Assembly: GCA_050287085.1 (NCBI GenBank)
Contig: JBNKBE010000021.1
Span: 32,001-96,000, forward strand
DNA length: 64,000 nt
Origin: Polyangiaceae bacterium
GTDB lineage: Bacteria > Myxococcota_A > Polyangia > Polyangiales > Polyangiaceae
Direction of reading: 5' to 3'
The notes beneath the pieces were generated by a model. That model was not told the DNA's origin. It searched no databases and saw only the letters and a program-made list of their open reading frames with translations. The stretch's first letter is position 1. Each line of letters begins with the position of its first letter. This document shows positions 36,127 to 45,797 of the stretch, piece after piece. The position numbers and the translations under genes were made by a program.

Positions 36127-38211
36127 GTGACGACACATGCCGCTGTCAGCAGTGAGGCCAAAGCCTACTCGGACCTAGCGGTTCCTCTTGGCATCGTGGG
36201 GATCGTCATGATGATGGTCCTGCCGCTACCGGCGGTGCTCGTCGATCTGCTCCTTGCCTGCTCGCTGGCGGTAGCCATTGGGGTCTTCCTGATCGGCTTG
36301 TTCATGGACCATCCGCTCCAGTTCAGCGCGTTTCCCGCTGTAATCCTCGTGGCAACGTTGCTTCGTCTGAGCGTCAATGTGGCCACGACGCGGCTGATTC
36401 TGCTCAATGGTGCAGGGGGACAGGCCGCCGCCGGACAGGTGATCGAGACCTTTGGCCTCTTTGTCGTGGGCGGCAACGTGGTCGTCGGTTTGGTCGTCTT
36501 CCTGATCCTCGTGGTGATCAACTTCGTGGTGATCACCAAAGGCGCAGGGCGCGTCGCAGAGGTGGCGGCGCGCTTTGCTCTGGATGGAATGCCTGGCAAG
36601 CAGATGGCCATAGATGCTGACCTGAACGCTGGGATCATCAACTCCGAGCAGGCGCACGATAAGCGGCGCAACGTGGAGCGTGAGGCCGACTTCTTTGGCG
36701 CGATGGACGGCGCGAGCAAGTTCGTCAAGGGCGACGCCATCGCTGGGTTGCTCATTACCGGGATCAACTTGCTCGGTGGTTTGATGCTTGGCATCGCAGC
36801 CGGGATGGACGTCGCGGAGGCGGCGCAGGCGTTTTCGATCTTGTCCGTAGGCGACGCGCTTGTCTCTCAGATGCCGGCACTGCTGATGTCGACGGCCGCT
36901 GGCGTTGTCGTCACGCGTTCCGCCACGGGGGAACAACTTGGCCGTGCCTTGCGCTCGCAGCTGCTGGGGAGTCGACGGGCCGTCGCCTCGACAGCGGGCA
37001 TCTTGACGGTGATGGCCTTCATTCCGGGCATGCCGGCCATTCCCTTCTTGGGTTTGGCAGGGGCGCTGGGGGCGGTTGCCTACCGCGCGGGCAAACGGAG
37101 TGAGAAGGCGCGGCGGGCTCAAGATCAGGCCAAGGAGGAGGTTCCGCAGCGAGAGGAGCCCATCGAGTCGGTGTTGCCCCTGGATGTCTTGAGCCTAGAG
37201 GTCGGCTACGAGCTAATCCGAGCCGTGGATCCGTCGATGGGGGGGACCCTCGTCGAACGCATTTCCAGCCTGCGTCGTCAGATTGCTCAGGAGCTGGGCA
37301 TCGTGGTTCCCCCGGTACACATTCGCGATAATCTGCAGTTGTCACCGGGCCGCTATCGCTTCGTACTGCTGGGTACGGAGATTGCGGGGGGAACTCTGGC
37401 CGGGGGGAAGTTGCTTGCCATGGACCCAACCGGTCAGGCTCCGGCCATCGATGGCGAGGCGACGGTCGACCCGACTTTCGGGACGCCAGCGCGCTGGGTG
37501 CGCAATCAGGACCGCGAGCTCGCAGAGGCTCTTGGCTATACGGTGGTTGACCAAGCCACGATCATCGCCACGCATTTGGCGGAAGTGGTGCGCCGTCACG
37601 CAGACCAGATCCTTGGGCGCTCAGAACTCCAGGCCCTCTTCGATGTCTTTTCTCAGAGCACGCCGAAGCTGGTCGAAGATCTGGTACCAAACTTGCTCTC
37701 GTTCGGTGAGGTGCTCAAGGTGATGCGCAACTTGCTTCGAGAGGGAGTCTCCATTCGTGACCTCAGGACGCTGCTCGAGGCTTTACTGGAAGTGGCCCCG
37801 GCTACGAAGGATCCTGAGCAGCTCACGGAATTGACACGCCAGAAGCTCTATCGTCAGATCACTGCCGCCTATTCGGATTCTGACAACAGCATTGGCACCC
37901 TCATTCTCGACCCCGCGGTGGAAGAGATGTTTCGGCGCTCGTTGACTGAGATCGCTCAGGGGATCGGGGGCGCGCTCGATCCCAATCAAGCGCGGGCTTT
38001 GGGGGATTCGCTTGAGCATGCAGTGGCGAGGATGCAGGCGATGGGGTTGCCCCCCTGTCTCGTGACGAGCCCGGATTTGCGACGTTACGTGCGTGCTTTT
38101 GCGGAGCGCCGGATCCCAGCATTGGGCGTCCTTTCCTTCCGCGAAATCGATCCAACTACGACGATTCGACCGATCGAATCGGTGTCCTTTAACAGTGCAG
38201 TGGCCGCATAG
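36127..38211 (+). CDS. flhA: Export apparatus FlhA
   Basis: RVAEVAARFALDGMPGKQMAIDADL, FFGAMDGASKFVKGD; GTG start chosen. Confidence 0.97.
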   Translation: MTTHAAVSSEAKAYSDLAVPLGIVGIVMMMVLPLPAVLVDLLLACSLAVAIGVFLIGLFMDHPLQFSAFPAVILVATLLRLSVNVATTRLILLNGAGGQAAAGQVIETFGLFVVGGNVVVGLVVFLILVVINFVVITKGAGRVAEVAARFALDGMPGKQMAIDADLNAGIINSEQAHDKRRNVEREADFFGAMDGASKFVKGDAIAGLLITGINLLGGLMLGIAAGMDVAEAAQAFSILSVGDALVSQMPALLMSTAAGVVVTRSATGEQLGRALRSQLLGSRRAVASTAGILTVMAFIPGMPAIPFLGLAGALGAVAYRAGKRSEKARRAQDQAKEEVPQREEPIESVLPLDVLSLEVGYELIRAVDPSMGGTLVERISSLRRQIAQELGIVVPPVHIRDNLQLSPGRYRFVLLGTEIAGGTLAGGKLLAMDPTGQAPAIDGEATVDPTFGTPARWVRNQDRELAEALGYTVVDQATIIATHLAEVVRRHADQILGRSELQALFDVFSQSTPKLVEDLVPNLLSFGEVLKVMRNLLREGVSIRDLRTLLEALLEVAPATKDPEQLTELTRQKLYRQITAAYSDSDNSIGTLILDPAVEEMFRRSLTEIAQGIGGALDPNQARALGDSLEHAVARMQAMGLPPCLVTSPDLRRYVRAFAERRIPALGVLSFREIDPTTTIRPIESVSFNSAVAA

Positions 38212-38222
38212 GGCCGCAAGGA

Positions 38223-39290
38223 GTGACGGTGGAATACCAGACGTTTCGGGGTGCTGATGTCAAAGAAGCTCTATTCGCTGTTCGGCAGGCATTGGGCGCA
38301 GATGCGATGATCGAGTCGACGCGACACCTCACGAATGGACAGAGCGGTGCACTGGGACATTCGGTCGTCGAGATCGTTGCTGCGCCTGCCACGGCGGGGC
38401 GTCCGCGTATGGGCGAAAGGCTGGGGGCACGGGGCGTAGGTCGAGTCAACGCCGCGCGGATTGAACGTGAACTGCTGGCCTTGCGGGCGATGGTCGACGA
38501 ACTCAGCGCAAGCCGTCCGCCTCGCGATCGCATTCGCGCGGTGCTCAATGCGGCGGGCTTCGAGGGAGACCTGGCCAAGAGTCTCGCTGCCGGCGCAACA
38601 AGACCCGCCAAAGATGGTCGAGCGGCTCTCGTGGAGTACCTGCGCTCTCGTGTGGGCGAAAGATTGCTATGTCAGCCGCGGCTGATCGAGAGGAACTTTC
38701 GGCAGCTCATCGCCTGCGTCGGGCCGACTGGCGTGGGCAAGACAACCACCTTGGCCAAGCTTGCCGCGCGCGCGCGACTGGAGCTTCAGCGCAGTGTTAC
38801 CGTGGTGAGCTTGGATACGTTCCGTGTTGGGGCTGTGGAGCAGTGGCAGCGCTACGCTGAGTTGATTGGCGTCCAGTTCTATGTGGCTGAAGACGCTGCA
38901 ACATTTTCTCGCATCGTCGAGTCCTCACCCAGCGACATCATCTTGGTCGACTCTGCGGGTCAGGCTGCCCATGAAGACGCGTCCATGTTGCGACTCGGCA
39001 GCTGTCTGCAATCCGTCAAGAATATCCGCACGGAGGTTCAGCTGGTTCTTCCGGCTTGGATCCGAGCGCGAGACGCCGAACGGATAGCGGCCGCCTATGT
39101 CCGACCTCATCTTACCGGTCTGATTGTGACCAAGCTGGACGAGGCGGAACAGGTGGGTGGCTCGATTCATGCAGCCTTAGCCGGACAGCTTCCCGTGACG
39201 TACCTATGTGACGGGGCGCGCGTCCCCGAGGACATTCGCGACGCGGCGCGGGAGTCCGTCCTAAACGCACTCTTTCCGGAGCAAACTTGA
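38223..39290 (+). CDS. flhF: SRP-family GTPase FlhF
   Basis: VRQALGADAMI, GPTGVGKTTTLAKLAA, DTFRVGAVEQ, TKLDE, VPEDI. Confidence 0.93.
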   Translation: MTVEYQTFRGADVKEALFAVRQALGADAMIESTRHLTNGQSGALGHSVVEIVAAPATAGRPRMGERLGARGVGRVNAARIERELLALRAMVDELSASRPPRDRIRAVLNAAGFEGDLAKSLAAGATRPAKDGRAALVEYLRSRVGERLLCQPRLIERNFRQLIACVGPTGVGKTTTLAKLAARARLELQRSVTVVSLDTFRVGAVEQWQRYAELIGVQFYVAEDAATFSRIVESSPSDIILVDSAGQAAHEDASMLRLGSCLQSVKNIRTEVQLVLPAWIRARDAERIAAAYVRPHLTGLIVTKLDEAEQVGGSIHAALAGQLPVTYLCDGARVPEDIRDAARESVLNALFPEQT

Positions 39291-40092
39291 GCGTGGAAGA
39301 ACAGTCAGCCATTCAACGGACTGCCGGTCGCGGGGTCACCGCCACCGCTGCCGTCAGGGCGCGTGTCGATCCGGGCCAACGCGAGGTATACGAGCGCTAT
39401 CTCCCCATCGTGCGCCGCATCGCCATGCGTACCGTCCGCTCCTTGCCCCCTTCGGTCACGATCGACGACGTCATTTCCGCAGGATGGCTCGGCATGGTCG
39501 AAGCGCTCGGGCGACGTACGGAAGAGATGACGGACGAGCACTTCGAGGCGTTTGCGTCCTATCGGGTACGCGGGGCGATACTCGACCATCTGCGCATGCT
39601 CGATCCCATGAGCCGCAAGCTGCGGGGTGCCTCTCGCAAGATCACCCAGGTGGTCAACGAACTCATTGGTCGTCTCGGTCGTAGCCCGGAGCAAGACGAA
39701 GTGGCTAGCGAGCTCGGCATGGAGCTCGGCGACTATCAGCGGCTTCTGGGTGAGATCAGCGAAGCCGGCTTTGCCCGACTGGAGCTTTCGGAGATCGGGG
39801 AGCCATCGGCGGGTGACGCGTCCCCGAAGCGCTGGCCACTCGGAGCGAGTTGGTGGGCAGCATTGCCGACGCGATCGACGCGTTGCCCGAACGACTGAAC
39901 ACCATCGTTGGTCTGTATTATCAAGAAGAGTGCAGCTTTCGAGAGATCGGTGAGGTTCTGGGAGTGACCGAGTCCAGGGTCTGCCAGTTGCACGCGGAGG
40001 CGATGCATTTGATTCGAGCTACCGTGGAGGGACGGCCGATCACCACCGCTAAGCGCCGCGGTTCACGCGCGCAGCGGAGTCCCGTCAAGTGA
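39287..40092 (+). pseudogene. fliA: sigma28 FliA split by a one-base frameshift (true lesion or assembly error)
   Basis: Regions 2-3 (FASYRVRGAILDHLR) in ORF 39287-39898; region 4 (SFREIGEVLGVTESRVCQLH) in the -1 frame; one extra C at 39822-39825 restores a single ORF. Confidence 0.85.
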
Positions 40093-40826
40093 GCACAGGC
40101 ATCTGGGTCGCGGCGTCTGGCGCCACCTCCCAGCTGACCGCGTTGGATGTCGCCGCTAACAATACGGCCAACGCGACTACCGCTGGCTACAAGGGCGAGG
40201 ACGCGATCTTTCAGGAGTACCTGATCGATGCCGCACGGGCTGGCAATCAGGTATCCGCGATGCGCTACAACGGTGTTGCGGAGGTTCGCAGCGACCATGC
40301 GACAGGGCCCATCCAGGTCACGGACCGCGGGTTGGATGTTGCGATTCGGGGCGAGGGGTTCTTTGCGGTTCAGACCCAAAACGGGGAGCGCTATACGCGA
40401 GCTGGTGCGTTTTCAGTGTCGCCGTCTGGCAATCTCGTTGCCGCCGATGGTGCGCTCGTCTTGAATACCGCGCGCCGTCCGATCCGAGTGAACGGCAATG
40501 CCAATGAGGCACGGATCACCGAAGGGGGAACGTTGATGGTGGGTGGAGAGCCTGCCGGCCAGTTGCGCCTGGTCCGCTTCGCAGACCAAGCTAGACTCGA
40601 GAAGGAAGGCAATACCCTATTTCGCGCGACGCCCACTTCGGGCGCTGCACAACAGGGCCCGATCACGCTCGAGACCGGTGCCTTGGAGATGGCAAATATC
40701 TCAGTCGTCAAGAGCATGACGGACATAGTGTCGACGACCCGAACATTTGACGCTCTCGAGCGCGCCATTGACGTGTTTCGGGACGCAGACACCCGCGCTG
40801 CCAACGACCTAATGCGTCGTCGCTAG
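40089..40826 (+). CDS. flgF: Rod protein FlgF
   Basis: AANNTANATTAGYK, LDVAIRGEGFF, YTRAG, LEMANIS. Confidence 0.88.
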   Translation: MSTGIWVAASGATSQLTALDVAANNTANATTAGYKGEDAIFQEYLIDAARAGNQVSAMRYNGVAEVRSDHATGPIQVTDRGLDVAIRGEGFFAVQTQNGERYTRAGAFSVSPSGNLVAADGALVLNTARRPIRVNGNANEARITEGGTLMVGGEPAGQLRLVRFADQARLEKEGNTLFRATPTSGAAQQGPITLETGALEMANISVVKSMTDIVSTTRTFDALERAIDVFRDADTRAANDLMRRR

Positions 40827-40902
40827 TGAATTGCCACGTCGAGAGATGAAAATGCCGCGGGAATTAGTGCTTTGCTGGTTTTGGGTCCCAATATGGAAAC
40901 GA

Positions 40903-40918
40903 TGGCATGAATGATGCA
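40903..40918 (+). promoter_or_regulatory. sigma54 promoter upstream of the long fliW leader
   Basis: TGGCATGAATGATGCA (GG-N10-GC). Confidence 0.6.
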
Positions 40919-41269
40919 CCGGAGTATTGGTGGGCCCCATGTTGTTCTCGGCGGTATCGGCTGCAAGCAAATGACGAGAGATCGGCGAGAAACGAGCGAA
41001 CCATCAATGGGCAAAGCGTTCAAACCTGTAGCTAGACGCGGCCGCGAGTGCTGCTCGCTGCCGGAGGGTTTAGGAAGAGTAGATTGCGCAGAATCGGCGG
41101 GGCCGGTTTCAAAGGAAAAAGAGAGTCGATCAACGGACGTCGATGGAGCAGCGTTGGGGTGGCTCCCACCCCGAGCGGAGACACGGTGCTGCGGCATTTT
41201 GGAGATCGGTTCTAAGGAGTACTGATGCGACGGCTGGATTGAGCCGTTGCATTCAGAGGAGCTAGAAAG

Positions 41270-41746
41270 ATGAGGATCGAGACAAGTCGTTTTGGTGTGA
41301 TCGAGGCGGCCCCCGAGGAGCTGATCGAGTTTTCGCGCGGGATCGTGGGCTTCCCCCACGACAAGCAGTACGTGCTCATTCCCCATGCGACGTCTTCGAT
41401 TGTCGCCTGGCTTCAGTCCGCGAAGACGCCGAGTCTGGCGTTTCCGGTGGTCTCTGCACACGGGTTGGTCGAAGAATACCCCGACGTAGACCTGGCACCC
41501 CTGGCTCGCCGAGCCGATCTCGGAGAGCGCTTCGACGACCTTGCCATTCTGGCTGTTCTCTCCGCGCCTCGGAATCAACCGGCCACGGTCAACCTAATGG
41601 CGCCGATTGTTGTCAACGCACACACGCGTCAGGGCGCTCAGATATTTCTTGAGGGGTCGCGATATTCCACGCGCGAGCTATTCGTGATCCCACCACGTCC
41701 CGACGAGAACGGTGGGGACAAGCCGCTAGAGGCTCGCGTCGGATAG
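41270..41746 (+). CDS. fliW: Flagellar assembly factor FliW (CsrA antagonist)
   Basis: IETSRFG, FSRGIVGF, WLQS, TVNLMAPIVVN. Confidence 0.92.
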   Translation: MRIETSRFGVIEAAPEELIEFSRGIVGFPHDKQYVLIPHATSSIVAWLQSAKTPSLAFPVVSAHGLVEEYPDVDLAPLARRADLGERFDDLAILAVLSAPRNQPATVNLMAPIVVNAHTRQGAQIFLEGSRYSTRELFVIPPRPDENGGDKPLEARVG

Positions 41747-41899
41747 GCGCGTCCAGCCGGCACATTGCCGCGTGAGCCCAGCCCTATCCCTCGCGGATTG
41801 GGTCGTCTCCGACGCCCGCGCTCCATGATAAGCGCGTCGCCGCGTCGTCGTGCGGCTTCCAAGTTGCTCACCATTCGTCTTCGCGCTAACAGCGAGGGC

Positions 41900-42376
41900 G
41901 TGACGGTCTATATCACCGAACAAGGCGCTCGTCGCCTCGCCGAAGAACTGTCCCGTCTTACGACGGAACAGCGACCCCGAGTGGTCGCGGAGGTCGCGAC
42001 GGCTGCCGCGATGGGGGACCGTTCAGAAAACGCCGAGTACATCTACGGCAAGAAGCGTCTGCGCGAGATCGATCGACGGATCGGCTACATCACGCGACGT
42101 CTAGACGAGGCAAGCGTGGTGCGCGTGTCAGACCTGCCACAGGACTCCACTCGTATCTTCTTTGGCGCGACCGTCGAGGTAGAAGACGAGGTCGGGCACG
42201 TTCGACGCTACCGTCTCGTCGGGCCGGACGAGACGCAACCAGAGTCCGGGGACATCAGTTATCAATCACCTCTAGGCCGCGCTCTGATGGGGCAGCGTGT
42301 AGGGCAGACCGCCGTGGTTCACAGACCCGCTGGCGATCTGGAGTTGACCGTGGTGGCGATCGGCTACGGTCGTTGA
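41900..42376 (+). CDS. greB: Transcription elongation factor GreB
   Basis: YITEQG, GDRSENAEYIYGKKRLREIDRR, IFFGATV, ISYQSPLGRAL. Confidence 0.93.
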   Translation: MTVYITEQGARRLAEELSRLTTEQRPRVVAEVATAAAMGDRSENAEYIYGKKRLREIDRRIGYITRRLDEASVVRVSDLPQDSTRIFFGATVEVEDEVGHVRRYRLVGPDETQPESGDISYQSPLGRALMGQRVGQTAVVHRPAGDLELTVVAIGYGR

Positions 42377-42379
42377 CCC

Positions 42380-43237
42380 TCAGCTTCTCGGGGGCGGGCG
42401 CACGCTTTCGGGCACAAATAGGTCCGTCGCGAGGTCCGGCTCTGGGGCGAGGGAGTAGCCGCTGAAGTCCGTTGTCCCGACTCCTCGCAGCACGTCTTCG
42501 TCGAACAGGCACTGACCGGTCATCAAGAGCTGCTCCGTTGTGACTATCGCGTGGGCGGCGTCGGCCATGATGCGCGGGCTCCGGCTTCGAGACGGCAGCG
42601 TGTCGTCACCCAGCAACCGAAGTGCTGCGGTATCGATGGTGGTGACGGGCCACAGGCTGTTGACCGCGATTCCGTAGGGGCGCAGCTCAGCGGCGAAGCC
42701 GATGGTGCACAGGCTCATTCCGTATTTGGAGAGTGTGTACCCCACGTGAGGCCCGATCCAGTCGGGGCGCAGAGCGGGTGGCGGCGAAAGGGTGAGGATG
42801 TGAGGATTCGGCGCCTGCTTGAGGTAGGGTAGCGCGGTCTTCACGCACAAGAAGGTGGCGCGAGTGTTGACCTGATGCATCAAGTCGAAACGTGCCATCG
42901 ACAGCTCGGACGTCGGCGCAAGGGCGATCGCGCTTGCGTTGTTGACGACGATGTCGATGCCGCCGAAGCGATCGACAGTGGCTTGGACGGCTTGGGCCAC
43001 GGCCTCGTCGGAGCGAACGTCTGCGACGCACGCCAAGGCCTCGCCTCCAGCTGAGCGGACCGCTTCGGCCGTCGAGAAGACGGTTTCTGGCAATGTCGGA
43101 TGCGCTTCGGCGGTCTTGCCTATGATTGCGACCCTAGCCCCATCCTCGGCGGCGCGCAGAGCGATGGCGCGGCCGATGCCTCGCGTTGCGCCGGTGATGA
43201 AGAGCGTCTTTCCCGCCAAGCTGGCTCGTGATGTCAT
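42380..43237 (-). CDS. SDR oxidoreductase (HSDL2-like)
   Basis: TGATRGIG, NNASAI, YTLSK, NSLWP. Confidence 0.9.
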   Translation of the reverse strand: MTSRASLAGKTLFITGATRGIGRAIALRAAEDGARVAIIGKTAEAHPTLPETVFSTAEAVRSAGGEALACVADVRSDEAVAQAVQATVDRFGGIDIVVNNASAIALAPTSELSMARFDLMHQVNTRATFLCVKTALPYLKQAPNPHILTLSPPPALRPDWIGPHVGYTLSKYGMSLCTIGFAAELRPYGIAVNSLWPVTTIDTAALRLLGDDTLPSRSRSPRIMADAAHAIVTTEQLLMTGQCLFDEDVLRGVGTTDFSGYSLAPEPDLATDLFVPESVRPPPRS

Positions 43238-45108
43238 TTCTTTCGCCTCTTCTTCTTGGGTTCTGTTTCTGCGGCTTTGCCCCCACCGCTCAGCGTGATC
43301 TTGAGTGTTTGACCGATTCGGATGGGCTTCTTTCTCGAGATGGCGTTCTCTCTGGTCAGCTGGGCTACGCTGACGCCGTGCTTCTTGGCAATGCCTATCA
43401 GCGTGTCGCCCTTCTTGACCGTATAGGTCTTGACGGTCAGACGCTTTTCTTTCGGACCCAGGGTTACGAAGAGCTTCTGCCCCGGGAGGATAGGTTTACC
43501 CGGACGTAAGCGATTGGCACGCACAATCGCGGCTACCGAAGACGCGTACCGTTGCGCGATGACTGAGAGATTCTCTCCAGACTTGACGGTATGAATCTGG
43601 GTTACCACGGTTGGGCCGAGGTCGCGAGCCCAGCCTGGCGGATATACCTCCACGACCGTGCGGCGATCGCCGCTTATGTAAAGAGAGACGGCGCGCTGGA
43701 CCTCTGCGACGGAGACGTCGCGATAGGCCGCCGGTTCATCCAACACCTCGTTGGCGTGGTTCCACAACAATTCGCGATCCGCAAGCAGCCGGGCTCGTTC
43801 CTCGGAGAGCTGCAAGCGCTCGAGCCAGCGGCGGGCGAGGCGCGCCTTTGCCCTGCTCAATTCATCGGGTCGGGGGCCCCGCTCCCGCAATAGGGTGAGT
43901 TGCTCGTCGAGCCAGTGTTGATTGTTGTCCACGTTTGACAGCGACGAGACGTCGGTTCGTATGCCGAGCAGCGAGACGCCACGCCGTCGATCCAGCCAAC
44001 CACCAACCGCTCGGGCACTTGCCTTGTCGAGCACCTGCGTTTGCACGAGGCGACTTGTGTTCCCTCCGACTAGGATCTCGAGAGCCACCTCCAGGACTCG
44101 ATGCATCCGTGTTCCGAACGGGGGGACCAGCCAGCCCTCGAATACCGCGGGTTGGCGTGCGCGCGGGTCTTCCATCACATTGAGTCGTTCGGTTGTTTGA
44201 CGAGGAAAGTCTGTGGGAACCTCGCGGGCGACGAGCGGGCGGGGAGGGCGTGCGGGACCGAAGTAGCGCTCGATCCAATCGCGCGCTGAGACCGGATCAA
44301 AGGTCCCGGAAATCGCCAGCACGGCCCGGTCGGGCCCATAGTGCTCCGCGTGGAAGCGTTGCACGTCGGCGAAGCGGAGCCGCTCCACGTCTTCCACGTA
44401 GCCGATCGTCGGGTGCTGGTATGCGAAAGCGCCAAGGTAGGCGATTTCACTCAGGCGCTGGGGGCCGAGCCCGTAGCCGCTGTTTGCGTAGCGCTTGCGA
44501 TATTCCTCGAGCACGACTTGGCGCTGGTTTTCGAACTTTTCTGGACTGAGCGCCAAGTGGCGCATTCGCTCCGCTTCCATCCACAATACGGGCTCCAGCG
44601 CTTGCGCTGGGACGGTCGAAAAGAACTGGGCTCTGTCCTTGTTGGTCAATCCGTTGGCGCGTCCTCCAAGCGCTGCGATGCGGAGCTGGTGTTCGCCTGA
44701 GTCCAGGTTCAGGCTGCCCTCGAACATCAGGTGTTCCAAGAGGTGGGCGAGCCCGCTCTGACCCAGGGACTCCTCGCTGGAGCCTGCTCGATAGCTGAGA
44801 CATACCGAAACGAGCGGGACGTCCTGCCGCACATCGAGGACCACCCGGAGCCCGTTGGCGAGTTGGTAGACGATAACTCGGGGTTCGGCTGCTGCGTCGC
44901 TTTCCGCCGCCGGGGCCCCCGTTGCCCCCGCTGGCGGAAGCAGCAAGGCAAGAGCGCACAGAACACCGGCGAAACGGACGCCGAGCTTCCTTCGCGGACG
45001 TGTTGGAGTTGGACTGGTCGCTATCGGGCTGACGCAAGCGGGGCGCGATGGCGTGGACGCAGTCGATGGCTGAAGGCGCGCTGCCGCGGGCAAGAAGAGA
45101 GGAGGCAT
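43234..45108 (-). CDS. Secreted M16 (insulinase-family) peptidase fused to two C-terminal LysM domains; start uncertain
   Basis: Signal-like segment, LANGLRV, GLAHLLEHLMFEG (HXXEH); LysM segments HTVKSGENLSVIAQRY and YTVKKGDTLIGIAKKHGVS. Confidence 0.85.
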   Translation of the reverse strand: MPPLFLPAAARLQPSTASTPSRPACVSPIATSPTPTRPRRKLGVRFAGVLCALALLLPPAGATGAPAAESDAAAEPRVIVYQLANGLRVVLDVRQDVPLVSVCLSYRAGSSEESLGQSGLAHLLEHLMFEGSLNLDSGEHQLRIAALGGRANGLTNKDRAQFFSTVPAQALEPVLWMEAERMRHLALSPEKFENQRQVVLEEYRKRYANSGYGLGPQRLSEIAYLGAFAYQHPTIGYVEDVERLRFADVQRFHAEHYGPDRAVLAISGTFDPVSARDWIERYFGPARPPRPLVAREVPTDFPRQTTERLNVMEDPRARQPAVFEGWLVPPFGTRMHRVLEVALEILVGGNTSRLVQTQVLDKASARAVGGWLDRRRGVSLLGIRTDVSSLSNVDNNQHWLDEQLTLLRERGPRPDELSRAKARLARRWLERLQLSEERARLLADRELLWNHANEVLDEPAAYRDVSVAEVQRAVSLYISGDRRTVVEVYPPGWARDLGPTVVTQIHTVKSGENLSVIAQRYASSVAAIVRANRLRPGKPILPGQKLFVTLGPKEKRLTVKTYTVKKGDTLIGIAKKHGVSVAQLTRENAISRKKPIRIGQTLKITLSGGGKAAETEPKKKRRKK

Positions 45109-45294
45109 TCTCCGGTACACTCTGATCCTATTCCTACTTTCTTTGCATCTGAGGAAGTGTGACCCGCCTCCAACCCACGTTGATCGATGTGCCAGGCCGG
45201 TGATGCGTGAACGAGCACCCTCGGCCGGTTGTTCGCTGCGCAAGGCGCGGATGCCTCGCGCCTCGCCTGGTGCTTTGTGGTTGGGCGTGGAACA

Positions 45295-45768
45295 TTGGCG
45301 TCTGTGGCCAGTCAGGACAAGTCTCCCCGCGCATCGCGGGCTACCCTACACCACTACATGATGCCCGAACACGCAAACCCACGCGGCAGTGTTCACGGTG
45401 GGCTGATCATGAAGATGATGGACGAAGCCGGAGCGATTGCCGCCATGCGTCACGCTCAGCGACCTGTCGTGACTATTGCGGTGGATTCGATGACTTTCAA
45501 GTCGCCGGTGTACGTGGGTCAACTGCTGTGCATGAACGCCAGCGTGCAATACGTGGGACACACCAGTCTTGAGGTGGAGGTGTTGGTCACCGCCGAAGAT
45601 CCGGTGAGCGGCAATACAACCCACACGAACTCGGCGTACCTCGTTTACGTGGCGTTGGACGATGAGGGCCGACCGTGTTCGGTGCCTCAGCTTGCGCTTG
45701 AAAGTGATGACGATCGCCGTCGTTTTGAGTCGGGCAAGTCGCGTCAGCATCGACGCATCGCGGGCTGA
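45295..45768 (+). CDS. Acyl-CoA thioesterase (hotdog fold, YciA-like); start uncertain
   Basis: HANPRGSVHGGLIMKMMDE, VGHTSLEV, YVALDDEGRP. Confidence 0.88.
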   Translation: MASVASQDKSPRASRATLHHYMMPEHANPRGSVHGGLIMKMMDEAGAIAAMRHAQRPVVTIAVDSMTFKSPVYVGQLLCMNASVQYVGHTSLEVEVLVTAEDPVSGNTTHTNSAYLVYVALDDEGRPCSVPQLALESDDDRRRFESGKSRQHRRIAG

Positions 45769-45797
45769 CCGACTTTCGGGTGGGGCTGCCTACCGTG

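Noticed and set aside
21417..38211. Injectisome (non-flagellar T3SS) interpretation of the export genes
   Set aside because: Rod, hook, L/P rings, junction proteins, cap and flagellins are all present, and no secretin, needle or translocon genes are seen
39817..39849. Programmed -1 ribosomal frameshift in fliA
   Set aside because: No X-XXY-YYZ slippery heptamer or evident stimulatory structure
40911..41225. 104-aa ORF upstream of fliW
   Set aside because: No recognisable family and an atypical composition, and it starts inside the sigma54 motif; treated as a leader, though a shorter peptide is not excluded
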